Below, piece by piece: positions 1-12,656 of a DNA stretch of 37,081 nt. Source of the DNA: Rhizodiscina lignyota (lineage: Eukaryota); NCBI GenBank assembly GCA_010015805.1, contig ML978136.1, positions 682,001-719,081 of the forward strand. Reading direction: 5' to 3'. Below the pieces are notes generated by a model. That model ran no database searches. It saw nothing but the letters and a program-made list of their open reading frames with translations, and was not told the DNA's origin. The position numbers and the translations under genes were made by a program. Every line of letters begins with the position of its first letter. The first letter of the stretch is position 1.

Positions 1-42
1 TTACAATTAGTAATCCTCAGCTGCATGGATGGAGGGACATAC

Positions 43-1576
43 CAAGAACGAGCCGACGCCGTGCCCGGTTCCGTGACGATAATCCAAGCCTTCCGCCCAG
101 AGGAATTGTCGCGCGGACATGTCGAGCGCAAAGCCACTTACGCCCTTTGGCCATTTCATGAGCTCAAGCGCGATATTGCCCTTAAGTACCAGCGTGTATG
201 CCTTGATCTCCATCTCTGAGGGCTCGCCGAAATGCAATGTTCGCGTGGTGTCTGTCGTTCCATCTTGATACTGGCAACCCGAATCGCAGAGGTAGATCGC
301 CTTCGGATCAATTATGCTGCAATTGCCCTTCTCAGGCTTATAGTGGATCACAGCGGCGTTTGCTCCGGTGCTGGAGATTGTGTCGAACGAGAGACCTGCA
401 AAGTATTGGTGCTTGGAGCGGATTTGCTCTAATTTGTCGGCCGCGTCGACTTCGTCGAGAGTGGCTTTCTTGTTGATGAGTTGGTCCTCTAGCCACGCAA
501 AATACTCGATTAGAGCAGCGCCATCGCGGATGTGGCATTGACGCATGCCGTCTAGCTCGGTATCGTTCTTGACGGCCTTGGCGTCGCCCACTGGTGATCT
601 GATCTCCTCCACCTTGTCCTCTCCGCCAAGGCTTTGCGAGAGCGCCCATGACGCTCTGTTCGAGGTGAGGAACTTCTTTGGCTTTGCAGCTGGAGTAGTG
701 CCGTTGGATTCTTCTGCTACTGAGGCGGAGAAAGATTCGATTTCCTCAAAGATGGCATCGTATGGTCTAATTGCCACCGAGTCACCAAGGTGAAGCTTAA
801 CCTCCGGGCTCAGCTTCTTCTCCTCGACATAGAGAGTCGCCGTTTTTGGCGTGATCACCGCGTATGAGAAGAAGACGGGATTATAGGGAATGTCGCTGCC
901 GCGAAGGTTGAAGAGCCACGCGATCTCATCCAACATGGAGACAATGATGGCAGGGCTCTTCTTCTTGTCCAGTTCTTTCCTGAGATCCTCGATTTTGTCC
1001 TGAAATTTCTTCCCGGAAAACTCTAGTCCCAAAACCTTGACCTTCTCGTTCGGCCTCGTGGGTCTGTCGCCCCAGATCTGATCCACGAGATTCTGCCTCA
1101 CAGCCTTCAGCTCCTTGCCCCCCTTCTTCTTGATCTTATCCGCCAGTTTCCTGGCATCTGGGGCAGTTATTAGACTCGGATCGACCCCCACGACCTTGCC
1201 TCCTTCAGATTGATCTGCCGTCCATTCCTGCCATGTCGGAACATCTTGCATGCCCTGCTTCAAGAGCTCCCAATTGTCATCCAGCTGCTGTGCGGCCTGG
1301 TTGAAGTACCGTCCATCAGTCGCTAGCGATGCCTTATCGTGCGTGATGACAGCTGTGCCTGCTGAACCGGTGAAGCCGCAGATGTATTCGCGTCGAGCGT
1401 CGCATTGTGCGATATACTCGGACTGGTGGCTATCTTCGGAGGGGACAACTGAATTCTTATTAGCTCCAGAGGGCAGTTCATAGAGGGAACCGGTTATTAC
1501 TGTAGACATCGACGTTGTTCTGCCTCATCAACTGGCGCAATTGGCTCAAGCGGTCTGTGGTATTGATGGGCGCCAT
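43..1576 (-). CDS. ampp: Xaa-Pro aminopeptidase P (M24B), 3' end outside the window; exons 1576-1501 and 1448-43, next intron starts at 42; possible upstream in-frame ATG at 1708
   Basis: Motifs [72 protein letters not shown] intron 1500-1449 restores NNVDVYIVPSED; GTATGT donor after GSFL. Confidence 0.95.
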
Positions 1577-2191
1577 GTCGGCGAGAAAAGAGCTCCGAAA
1601 TGAAGCAGAGAAAGAGAAAGGGCGGTGAAATTGGAAGATTCCAGCCCCTACATGTGAGCGGCAGCTAGTAAAGCTTGAAGGCCGCACAAAAAGGAGCGAG
1701 ATGCGCATGTAATGGGACAAATGCTGCTTGGAGGGGTCGTCGTGTGATGCTGTAAGGATCAGCGGCAACAGCTGTGATGCCCAAGGCCGTGGAGCTAGGC
1801 CGCATTGGACGAAAATGCAGCTTCTACAGAGCTTCACGACATGCTTCCTCCATTGAAAGTATTATATTCATCAAATATCATACGGTTCATGCTGCTGCCT
1901 ACAGTTGGAAGATAGTTATGATGTCTTATCTTGAGCGTGTGACGGATTTGCAAGGTTCCAGCTTCATCTCCGCCGTGTGAATGTCGTCCAACACTCGAAC
2001 AACACGAAGCCCCAAAGCATAGTGCATTCCCGTGGCAACATGATCCGCTCTCTACTCTTCTACCTAACACGCACTCCTGACTCAGACGCATTTTCAACTT
2101 CTCACAACTACCCATCCGCGTTTGAAAATATTCAACACCATCTCTTCTCCCTCTCTCTACCTCACGTTACCAGTCGTGAAATTTCGTCAAG

Positions 2192-5100
2192 ATGAACGTC
2201 GACGAGGGCGGAAAACCTCCTCCGATTTACGATGGCACTCCGACGCCTAGTAACGCCGCTGCATTTGAAGAGGTACTGTTATTATTCAACACTTCTTGAA
2301 CTTGCCTAACAATCTACAGCTCGTCAAACGCCTTTACCAACCAGGAAATCCTGCCCTGCTCACAAGCATCGAGAAGCACTTGCAATGGTGGCAACGCTCA
2401 AAAGATGGGTGGCCCATGGCAAACACGATGCTCCAAACTGCGGACCCCAACGTTCGGTTCTTCGGCGCCCTCACCTATGTGGTGAAGTTGAATATGGAGG
2501 GGTGAGTGCTTCATGCTATATTTGGGACACCGAGCCCTGACGTGATGTAGGTCAAAAATCAATCATCAAGGCATGCAAACGCTATCTCAGCAGCTTGTTG
2601 CATGGGCTGCCAGATTGTGCGAAGACAAGAAAAGCATCTGTCAGAAACTGAGCACTGCGCTGGCCATATGCTACTTGCAGCCCGAAGCTTCTGCAGATGA
2701 TTGCCTGGGTATTCTGGCAACAGCTCTTCATACTGGCAAAATCGTTGATAGCCTTTCGGCAGAGGCGCTTTCTGTGGATGCGGTCCTGCCTAATCTAAAG
2801 CCGGCGCAGCTCTTGATGCTGGTGCGGTTCTGTCGAGCACTTGCCGAGGAGGGTCTTAGTCGGCTCCGGTCTGATGATAAGAAGTAAGTTCCCTATACCT
2901 TTTCAATACTATGGTGTTGACTTCTTATGAAGAGCTGCAGCTCGGTCTCAAGATCAAATGGAGTCAAATCTCCTCAGTGCAGTCCAAGTGATTGGCTTTG
3001 CAATACGATTCTCCGGCGACCATAAAGGATTGATCCAAAATCTCGCTGTTGACAGCTTTGTGGTATGTATATCGAACTCTCCTTGATGGCTTTATACTTA
3101 CAAGCATAAAGAAATGGGCACCCTTCAGTATCATGGGATCCACTCCGTTGGAGAGTTGTGACAAAGTCCGTGAACTTCTCCCATCTGTTCTGATCTGCAT
3201 ATCGGAATGGGAAGAACCCGAGATTTCCGAGGTTGGGGAGCCTCTTGATCTTATGAGCGAGCTACTTACGTCGCATCCCATTTTCTTCAGACCGGCGGAT
3301 CTTCGAGAAGTCGCTGAGCTGATCTGCAGTCCCTTTGGCCAAGCTCGTATTGCAGCTGCACATGACGAAGCAGACCGGGCTTTTATTCAGTTCCTCGTCG
3401 CGTACGGCGATGTTGAAACTGCGAAGATCGCAACGTCAGTGAACGATCCACTGGTGGAGCAGTTCCTTGAGATGATGCACAATCTACTCAGATTCGAAGG
3501 TTACGCTGCCGTTGATGATGATGTAATATTGGAAGCTCAGCAGTTCTGGGCTGGTTACATTGACTTCGTTCTTGACTCTATGGAGGATGAGAAGAGAAGA
3601 GACTGGCAAGGATGGGGCGCCTGCACAAAAGGTCACATCACACGCATGGTTGAAGAGCTCTGGGTTAAGATTCAGTATCCACCGTCGGTGGAATACGATG
3701 CCTGGAATATGGAAGAGAAGAAGAGCTTTGGACAATTCCGTGTCGACATCAGAGACATACTCCAAGCCGCATACCGCGTACTGGGTAGCGACCTTTTGCA
3801 AGCGTTTGTCAGAATCGCGCTTAGCTCTACTGCAGAGCGCAATTGGATTCAGGTCGAAGCTGCGCTCTACGGCCTCAATGCTGTGGCAGAATGCTTGAAT
3901 GAGAGGGAACTTCGCGACGATGCTATCGGTAATTTGTTCAATTCGTCGCTGTACCCTATGCTGAGCGGGGATGATCCGGTCCCATACTTCCTACGCCGCA
4001 CAGCCATGAACACGATCGGACAATACGACTCTTACTTCGAGCACCATCCGGAGAATCTGCCCGGAATCCTGAATTTCCTCTTCAAATCTCTCGAAGGCAA
4101 ATCGATCGCGGATATCGCTGCTAAGTCAATATGGTCGTTGTGCAAAGCCTGTCGAGGCTCGCTTACGCCTGAGCTCAACACCTTCTTTCAGCAGTATCAG
4201 AACTTCCTCGGTTGGGAAACAGCCAAGAACTTCACGAAAGAGAAAGTGATAGGTGCGGTGGCGGCAATCGCACAAGCTCTACCAGCAGATGCAGAGAAGA
4301 ACGGTGCTCTCAATCACTTGCTTGACTTCGTGTCAGCTGATGTGAAGACGTCGCTCGAGCAGGCAGCCGCAGGAGAAACCGATCTAGGTCACAACACTGC
4401 CATCGATGCTATGCTGTGTCTTGCTAGCATTGCAAAGTCATTCCAAGAAAGCATGGAAGTTGTGGACCTGGACGGTGATGGTGTGACGCAGAGCTACTGG
4501 GACACTGGCGCCGGCGCGGCGACCCAGCAGCATATCATCCAAATGCTCAGTACCATGATGGAGGTGTGGCCAGATTCTGGCTCTGTCCTGGAGCCCATCT
4601 GCGCGACTCTTCGAGCTGGCTACATCGAGACCAGCCCTGGTCCATTCGTCCTTCCGCCTTCAGCGACTGTCGGCCTACTTACTCGCACCAATATCACCAC
4701 GAAACTTATCGAACAAGTTCTCCATACGGAATGCGCGTTCCTTCGCGCGCACACCATGAAGACGTCAAAGTACATCGAAAAGGAGGCGGAGGCTGTGCTC
4801 AACCATGTCATAAGTATGATTCGCGACCTGGGAGAGCCTCGCAATGACCCCGAGTTGGCACAATCCCTTGTTGACGTCCTTGTACGCTACATACCGCGCT
4901 ATACGCCTGTCCTTGCGAACCTTCAGCCCCAAGAAGCACTTGAAGTGGCCTTGCAGTTCACTATCCAGTGTCTTAAGGCGCCGGAGCCACTGCCAAAGAG
5001 ATCGGCTTCTAATTTCTGGGTATGTTGTCCTTCGAATCTTTTCATGCTTAAAATTTCACTAAATGTAGAACAGAATACCTTCCTAGCACAGACGTCCCAG

Positions 5101-5514
5101 CCTCAACCCCTCCAGCAATCACTCGACATGATAGCCACGCACTTTGGCCCCCTCCTTGCCACAACTCTCACTGCTCAAGTTGGCGGAATTTGCATGCGCT
5201 CCGATGTTGAGTTCTTGGCCGAGCCCCTCAAAAAGCTGTACGGACGGCACACGCGCGCCAAAGCCTGGTTTTACGACGCGCTCATGCTGAGCAACGAAGC
5301 CGCCAACTTGAGCCAACGTGAGATCGCAGAGGCTGAGCTGGAAATGGTGGCGCGCATGCCAGTAGAGGAGAGGAAGATGTTCGTGAGAACTCTGGGCCTT
5401 ACTGTGGACTTGGGAACGGTGAGGAGGGTATGTGGAGAGTTCTGGCAGCGCGCCAGGACTGCGGCTTATCAGCCGGATATTGCGGAGCCTGATGTGCCAG
5501 TGTATTTGGACTAA
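2192..5514 (+). CDS. Importin-beta family karyopherin (importin-13/Kap122-like HEAT-repeat protein); exons approx. 2192-2272, 2320-2501, 2551-2883, 2933-3062, 3112-5019, 5074-5514
   Basis: N-terminal LVKRLYQPG...LQWWQRSKDGW...DPNVRFFGALT importin-N signature; later EAALYGL, LNFLFKSL, A(K)SIWSLC HEAT features; consecutive GT-AG introns join ORFs 2296, 2573 and 3049. Confidence 0.85.
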
Positions 5515-5785
5515 GAGGTGTATGGGAGAATTTTTCTCTCTTCTGGGATCCTTGCAAAGGTTCGCAAGGAATAGGTACCTAGATGGTCTGATGACGGATG
5601 ATGCATGGAGTCTGATGGACTCCCTTTGATACGATACACTTCGATTCTTTAAAATGATACGACTCGCTCATGAGCCAATATCCTCGTCTCGTCTTCCACT
5701 TTCGCTCATGTGTCTGTCTCTTTTCCGTCTCTTATTATCGTACAATCCCCCCCTTTCAATTGCATGCCTTTCCCCATCTCCCCTA

Positions 5786-6277
5786 TCACGCCTCGAACCT
5801 CGCGAACCCTGCCAACGCAAACGTGGCACCAAAGCTCAGCTTAAACGCCACATTATCCAGCACTGCGCCGCGCAGATCCGTCTCGTTGACATATCGCTTC
5901 AACCATCCGTACGGTATAATTCTTATCCCTCTGCTCTCGAGCGCCTGCACTCCAAACACCAACAACCCAATCACCAGTGCTAACGGCCGACTGAACAGCG
6001 ACACAGCAAGCCCGCAGCACAGTCCTGTGATGCTGCCGAGCGAGATCTGGCGGAAGGCGGCCGGGTTGACGCGCTTGGAGGATGTGAGGACAGGCGTCGA
6101 GACGTCGCGTGTGTAGGACCAATCGCTTTGGGATGGAGACGCGGAGGATATTGGGGTGGAAGAAGAGTCAGCGTGGAGTGTGTAGCGCTGGCTGCGTTGG
6201 AGGAAGAGAGGCGCGACGAGGGCGGAGGTGAGGCATAGGGTTGGCACGAGGCGTGGGTAGAGGATGCCAGATGCCAT
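5786..6277 (-). CDS. FUN14-family mitochondrial membrane protein, intronless, 163 aa
   Basis: RQISLGSITGLCCGLAVS...LVIGLLVFGVQALESRGI and NVAFKLSFGATFALAG match the FUN14 pattern; basic N-terminus resembles a mitochondrial presequence. Confidence 0.8.
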   Translation of the reverse strand: MASGILYPRLVPTLCLTSALVAPLFLQRSQRYTLHADSSSTPISSASPSQSDWSYTRDVSTPVLTSSKRVNPAAFRQISLGSITGLCCGLAVSLFSRPLALVIGLLVFGVQALESRGIRIIPYGWLKRYVNETDLRGAVLDNVAFKLSFGATFALAGFARFEA

Positions 6278-6601
6278 TGCGGAAGCTTTTGGGTGTGAGC
6301 GAAGACGTCAATTGGTTAGCAGCAAGAGCCAGTTCATCGCAGGAAGTTCATGTCAAGCTTCCACGCTGTGCAACGATCTGGAGGTACGGCATGCCGATCG
6401 ATATCGTCACTGACCCGCCAGTATGGTCGACTGCAGTGGAGTTGGTGCCACGGACAAGGATACGGAGCGGCATTGGACCAGTGCGGCTACTGGCGGGCCT
6501 GCCACTCCGATATCGATCCTCCACTTCCAGGGTCCAAATCCCGAGTGGCATAATTTTTTTGCGCTGCCGTGGAGTGAGTATAGGGCGTGGAGTGCGGCAA
6601 T

Positions 6602-6608
6602 TGACTCA
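6602..6608 (+). promoter_or_regulatory. Gcn4/CpcA (cross-pathway control) element TGACTCA upstream of PDX1
   Basis: Perfect TGACTCA about 35 bp upstream of TATATAA and about 140 bp upstream of the ATG; yeast SNZ1 is a Gcn4 target. Confidence 0.6.
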
Positions 6609-6640
6609 TCTCCTCACTTACACCTCATTCCTAATCCCCG

Positions 6641-6647
6641 TATATAA
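6641..6647 (+). promoter_or_regulatory. TATA box of PDX1
   Basis: TATATAA followed by a CT-rich tract, about 100 bp upstream of ATG 6744. Confidence 0.55.
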
Positions 6648-6743
6648 CTCTCTCTCCTTTCTCTGTATCATTACATTGCATTTTCTGGCGGCACTCTCGA
6701 CCTTTCGGCTTTGAAGAGCATTGGAGAAAGAAGAATAAGCAAA

Positions 6744-7164
6744 ATGGCATCGGAACTTCCAGTCGCAAATGGCAATGGCCACGCATCGCAGGACATGTCG
6801 CAGAACCAGCAGGCCGTGAAAGAAGGCCTGGCACGCATGCTGAAGGGTGGTGTGATCATGGACGTCGTAAATGCCGAGCAGGTGAGTCTCTCGTCTATGT
6901 TCATCTGATCCGTTCGCCTTCCGCAACGTAATTCATCAATCGCATTGGACCACAGCTAACCGACTCCACAGGCACGCATCGCCGAAGAAGCTGGCGCCTG
7001 CGCTGTCATGGCTCTCGAGCGCGTGCCCGCCGACATCCGCGCGCAAGGTGGCGTGGCACGTATGTCGGACCCGCAGATGATCCAGTCCATCATGGAGACC
7101 GTGACCATCCCCGTCATGGCGAAGGCACGCATCGGCCACTTCGTCGAGTGCCAGATCCTCGAGT

Positions 7165-7195
<31 letters not shown>

Positions 7196-7766
7196 GGTGC
7201 TGACGCCCGCCGACGAGGAGTACCACGTCGAGAAGGCCGGCTTCAAGGTGCCGTTTGTGTGCGGGTGCCGCGATCTAGGCGAGGCGCTGAGAAGGATTGC
7301 GGAAGGTGCGGCGATGATTAGGACGAAGGGCGAGGCGGGTACGGGAGATGTCGTGGAGGCGGTGAGGCATATGCGCGCTGTGACTTCGCAGATCAACAAG
7401 GCGAAGGGCATGTCCGATCCGGAGCTCCGGGCGTATGCGCGGGAGATTGGCGTGCAGTACCAGTTGCTGAAGAAGACGGCGGAGCTGGGACGCCTGCCTG
7501 TCGTCAACTTTGCGGCCGGAGGTGTGGCGACGCCCGCCGATGCAGCGCTCATGATGCAGCTGGGTTGCGATGGCGTCTTTGTGGGTAGCGGGATTTTCAA
7601 GAGCGGAGATGCGAAGAAGAGAGCGCTAGCGATTGTGCAAGCTGTCACGCACTACAAGGACCCGGACGTCTTGGTTGAAGTGAGCAAGAACCTCGGAGAG
7701 GCCATGGTCGGCATCAGCGTTGGCAAGATGGCAGAGGGTGAAAAGCTGGCAGGCAGGGGATGGTAG
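6744..7766 (+). CDS. PDX1: Pyridoxal 5'-phosphate synthase subunit; exons 6744-6881 and 6972-7766
   Basis: [78 protein letters not shown]-terminal GRGW; GTGAGT..CTAAC..CAG intron. Confidence 0.98.
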
Positions 7767-7981
7767 TGGTATCAATGGTCCTTGAACGCATTCCGGGGGC
7801 GTTACTTGGGCGTTCTTGCTGCATATCTGCTTTGTTAGATCTGCATTGCGCTGATGGAGGCTAGAGACTGTTCAGCTCATCCATTGCATTTCGTCACGAA
7901 CCTCGAGATCTTGTAACATCTCTAGCAATTATCATCTTAGGATTAATGAACTGAAAATGCCAAAGAACATCGATCAACATC

Positions 7982-10900
7982 TCAACTCACGCCCATGGCC
8001 CACCATATCGCCCCCAAACCGTAACAACAGACAAGTAAATGCCATCCCAAACTCCATGCCATGGCATACAAATACTTGGGACTGAACACCGTCCAAATAA
8101 ACAGGTGCGTCCTCAGCGCCGTGCAAGCAACCATTATCGCGAGCAGGCTTCCTGCAATGAACAGCGTCTGTAACGCCAGATATCCGAACAGTGCTCCCTC
8201 GTCGTCCTCTTCGTCCGACCCAGAAGCAGGAAACTCGACCTCTGGGAACGACAGCAAATGTGGGCTCTTCGGAGTCGCTGTCATCCGTAGCCTCTCGCGC
8301 TCCTCTTGAATCCACGCCTTTTCATGGCGCTTCTGATCCCTGATCAAAGCCTGATTGCGGCCGGAAACTTGAGACGCTAGGAGACAGATGCCGCCCCACG
8401 CCCACCATACAGGGCCAGACCAATTGCTCAGGAAGACAAGCAGACCGACGACGCCGACATCGTAACCGGCGACGCCGTTGTAAGCATTCGAGAGGTCGAT
8501 GCTCGAAATCGCGTTCGTGTTGCCCAGCGCGAAGAACGATGTATGCGCGAAAAGCAGCGTGGATATCGTGATTTGCGTTTGCGTTGACTGCAGTCCCAGT
8601 GCGTCGCGGAGACAGAGAAATTGCAGGCTGAAGAGTAAGAACAGAGGCACGTTGTGCGCACGGGTTTGCGTGATCAGGAAGATGGAGAGAATCGCATGGA
8701 GAGCGTCGAATAGTTCTACGCCACGAGGCGCATTGCGCTTGGCCGGGCTTCGACCCCATACCTCGAGACTAATGACCCAGACAGTGCCCAAGGCGCACAA
8801 TAAGAACACAGCGCGGGCTATGAGAACCAGTGATAGGCCTTCAAGTACTCGCATACCGCTCTCCCCAACGACTGGGCGCACAATTTCCGGAGCATCGCGC
8901 GCCGTGAAGCTGAGTTTGAAGATGAATGCTGGGATCGCAATACCCGCTGCCGCAATATGAGTGAGGACGTGGTAGGTCGGTGGGATGTGACGGCAAAGGT
9001 GGCTGCCCAGAGAGAGAGAAAGCATGAAATATGTGACTCCGACTAAAATCCAGACCGTGTGAGGATTTGGAAGAAGGAAGGAAGTCACAAAATCCGGTTC
9101 GCCGGAGTGCTTTTGGCCGGTCTGGTTCCAGGCTCGCACGAGTCGGTGGAACAAAAGCAGAGCAGCAGCTTTGAAGATAGTTTTAGAGATGCCTTCTCTT
9201 TTGATATACGACCCCAGCAGTGTCTGGAGGCAGAGAAGGGCAATCCAACCACAAGTCGTCCAATACCAGAAGTGGTGCTCTTCCTCGACGTAGCTGCTGG
9301 CAAACATCAGGATACCGTAGAGGACTAGCACAAGACCGAAATACAGGCTAGCGGCATTTAGACGGAAGATGATAGAGCGGGCTGATGTCGTTGTGAGAGC
9401 GACAGATAAGAAAGCCAGAGCAATGCCTGAGAGGAGGTATGCCATGTTGTAGTTACTGGCAGTGCTTGACATGATTTCTTGAGCAGATTTGCAGAACTGT
9501 GGTACGATTAACATTTCCATTCGAGGTTGTTATATTGGAGAAGAAAGTGGGAATACTCACATCGATCAGGGCAGGTAGAATAACTGGCGGAGCTGGCTCT
9601 CTACCGTCTGAGACACGAATTATATCAGTGATCCTGCGCCATTTGCATACAAGCTTCATTCCACTCGACGATGGATCGGAGCAGTCAAGTTGTGAATAAG
9701 GATGTTCGTAAGCTTCATGCGGAAATGCTGTTTTCACGAGTGTATGCATCTGCCAAACGTTGTTGAGGAGCAACAGGACATGATGCCTCTCTGGAATCAA
9801 CTGTCAGTACGGCCATGATACGTCGGAGTGAGCGATTATTACCATTCTTCCACAAGGGTAGCAGTTCCGATATGAAGACACCAAGGTTATTCAAGGATAC
9901 TGGGAGGCCGAGCAATCCTGCGATTGTTGGCACGATGTCCGATTGTTCGACTTTCGTATAGAAATCAAAATCTTGGTGCGGTTCGACCGGTGAGTCGAGC
10001 CCTGTTGAGATGGATTTGAATTTGGGCGAGATGAAGACCAGAGCGGGAGATGTCTCGCCAGGGGCTGATCCACCATGATTGCCACCATCAGTCATTCCAT
10101 GATCACCACATAGAACAAGGAGCGTGCTTTGAAGATGCGGATCATTTTCAATAGCTTCGAATATTTGCTGAACAATCCCGTCCATTTCCTGTTGCTTCGG
10201 TATCATGTTGGGGCTGCTAAGAGTTAGTTTTAACTCTGCTGAAACTGAGAGTCTGTGTACCTCAGCGGCCCAGCCTTATGTCCGATATGATCCAGTCCAA
10301 GATAATGCATTATCAAGGCATTCCAATCATTCGCACGCAGCTCATCAGGTACATGGCGTGTCACATTGTTGTCCACTTCCGTGAAATCCTACAAGATTCA
10401 TTCAGCTCTATATGCCTACATACACTCATGCAAAAGGCATCACTAACCGAGACGAAAAAGCTCGTCGTGCCATCTGCCCGATAGAACGTCTCTGGAAACA
10501 GCTTCAGCCATGTATCGTCCCCATGCATAACGAGATTTCCGCCCTTGGCCTTAATCTGTGCGAGCCAGGTATCTTGATATGCGAGGGTCGAGGTTGTATC
10601 CGACTCTGCGAAATTGAGGATCACATCGAGGAAGGATGGAATAGATCCAGTAGTGATCGCCTTTACCCGAGGCATCGTGACAGTGGGAGACGTAGCGTGA
10701 GCGGTAAAAGGCAGGGCGGCGCCATTCGCGATTAAACTGTTACCAATTAGTTTCTGAACAGCTGAAAGATATCATGGGCATACCTTTGGGTGAATTTGAA
10801 GCCTGAAGACTTTCCGAATACAAAATCGCTGGGTGGGGCGTTAGGACTTTTTTTTTAAAAGCTGTTGACAGATATCACATACCTCCTCAACGCATCCACC

Positions 10901-11082
10901 ACCATGAGGATAACCTTGTCAAATTGCGCCGGTGGCATCTCTCCACGCTCAGACACATCATGCTCGGCTAGACCAGGTAAGAATGGCTTATATGGAAAGA
11001 AGCCTGCTGCAAAGGTTAGGACGGCCGCTGGTATCAAGAGGTTCGCGATGACCAAGGTGGCCATCTTCCAGAGTGTGGTCAT
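7982..11082 (-). CDS. GPI7: GPI ethanolamine phosphate transferase 2 (Gpi7/PIG-G); exons approx. 11082-10883, 10828-10784, 10736-10448, 10388-10261, 10213-9843, 9790-9561, 9496-7982
   Basis: GFFPYKP, VVDALRSDF, PTVTMPRVKAITTGS, GDDTWLKLFP, HYLGLDHIGH, GDHGM, SSYVEEEHHFWY, AISSIDLSNAYNG, LRTHLFIWTVFSPKYLY; six canonical introns. Confidence 0.95.
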
Positions 11083-11622
11083 CTCGCAGGTCGAAGGGAA
11101 TCAAGGGCTGACGATTCCAAATGCAAATGTTGTAGATCACGAAGCTCCATAGCTTGTTAGAAACAGCTACTAATTCCCTCAGAACACATGATTGGCGGCG
11201 GTGTCGAAGTGGGCAACTTTGCTTGCTCTCCGCCAGACGCGTTCAACCTTGCAGGGACGTGTACCTGTTTGGCGCGCTAGCTGTTCTTAGCTGGTAAAAT
11301 ACAGGCGTAGGAAGGCTTTGCAGTATCTACGCAGTTAGGAAGCAAAAACATATTAAATTTGTCTGAGTGAGATGGTAATTTTATTTCGACTTCATAGAGT
11401 TCGAGTTTAATATACTTCGGATCCTCAAATGCAGACGCCTCGCTATGGTAATTTTACACTAAGTAGCAATGCAGAAATTGGTCAACGACCCAAGACTTTC
11501 GAGCCATTTACGCAACTCAATCCACAACCAGGGAGGGATACGACTTCCGAAATGACGAATTTCGAAATCCAAGAGATTACCAGCGGGGCCACATTGTTCG
11601 TCACACCTTCTCTTACGGGTCT

Positions 11623-12656
11623 TTAATCACTCAGTTCATTTGGATTTTTAGCTGGGAGTTCCTGCACCTGTTGCTGCGCGCTGTGCCGGTCCAAGAGCTC
11701 CACAGGCGGATGCCCATCCATCTCATATCGCGCTTCGTTTGAAACCTCCTGCACTCGTGTGGAAGGCGATCCATACTTGTAGTCTGCAAAATTCTCTCCC
11801 GATGTTGGCGCATGCCCATTCTCATATGCTGGCGGAGGCAGACCTGTACCTCTATTTCTCTTTCTCCACCGGAGGAAAAAGAGGAGGGATAGTACCGCAG
11901 CTATCACCGCAACTGCAACACCGATGCCGATGCCCGCTGCTGCACCAGGTGAGAGTCCCGAGCTTGGTGAGGAGTTTGAGGGGTTCGTTGGTGTTGATGA
12001 GGAAGAGGTGGATGTTGATGAGGAAGACTTAGAGGATTTCGGTGATGTGGATGATGTGGATGATGGTGGTGATGCGTTGACGCTGTTCTGACCCTGCACA
12101 GAGTTAGCATGCACGGAAATGCTGGCCAGAAATGGACACTCACTGCTCCTGCCGTGGAGTATGTCACATCGTTGATGACGCCGATTGACGAGAATTCCCA
12201 GTGCTGTGCGGGCTGGATTGGTTCCTCCACAGTCGTGCTCGACATGAACAACGGGTTTCCTCTGTGGCAATCCAAATTATACCTCGTCCCGTTCCCGATA
12301 TTCTGTAACTTCTGAAACTGGTCTGAGTCCCAATTCGAGATATCCCACTTTTGCGTTGGATCATCAGCCGTGTCGACCATGCACGGGTGCGTCTTGCTCG
12401 CATCTATCTCAGTTGGCGCGGCGCATACTCCTAGCTGTTTCCCTATTCCAGTGCGTTGGTTGCGCAGTATGGCGCTGCCGTTCTTGAGGGTAAAGATCTG
12501 CCAGTTCTGGAAGTCGGTTGGGCCCGCAGCGGCCATAACCAGTGCGGTCGTCGGATTACCATTCCCATCTTTGACGATCTGCAGCGAGGAATTGAAATCG
12601 ACGCGCGACTCTGTGATTTGGTACCACGTATTGCTGTCAAAGTTTGGTGCGGACAT
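11623..12656 (-). CDS. Single-pass membrane protein: N-terminal ricin-B/beta-trefoil-like domain, Ser/Thr/Pro stalk, TM helix, cytosolic tail; exons 12656-12144 and 12093-11623
   Basis: Three QxW motifs (FQNWQI, TQKWDI, AQHWEF); GTGAGT..CTAAC..CAG intron 12143-12094 joins ORFs 11904-12656 and 11623-12270; GLSPGAAAGIGIGVAVAVIAAVLSLLFFL followed by RWRKR. Confidence 0.75.

Noticed and set aside
2078..2084. Other TGACTCA/TGAGTCA heptamers (2078, 20647, 27208, 36089)
   Set aside because: Several are expected by chance in 37 kb; only the PDX1 site has positional and functional support
6241..6714. 157-aa ORF between FUN14 and PDX1
   Set aside because: Non-ATG start, spans promoter elements, no homology cues
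7178..7648. Long antisense ORFs over PDX1, and similar ones over GPI7, Mei2-like, SEC15 and TRM6
   Set aside because: Expected shadows of GC-rich codon usage on the opposite strand; no recognisable motifs
10214..10219. NAGNAG (TAGCAG) tandem acceptor in GPI7
   Set aside because: Common feature; would change only one residue
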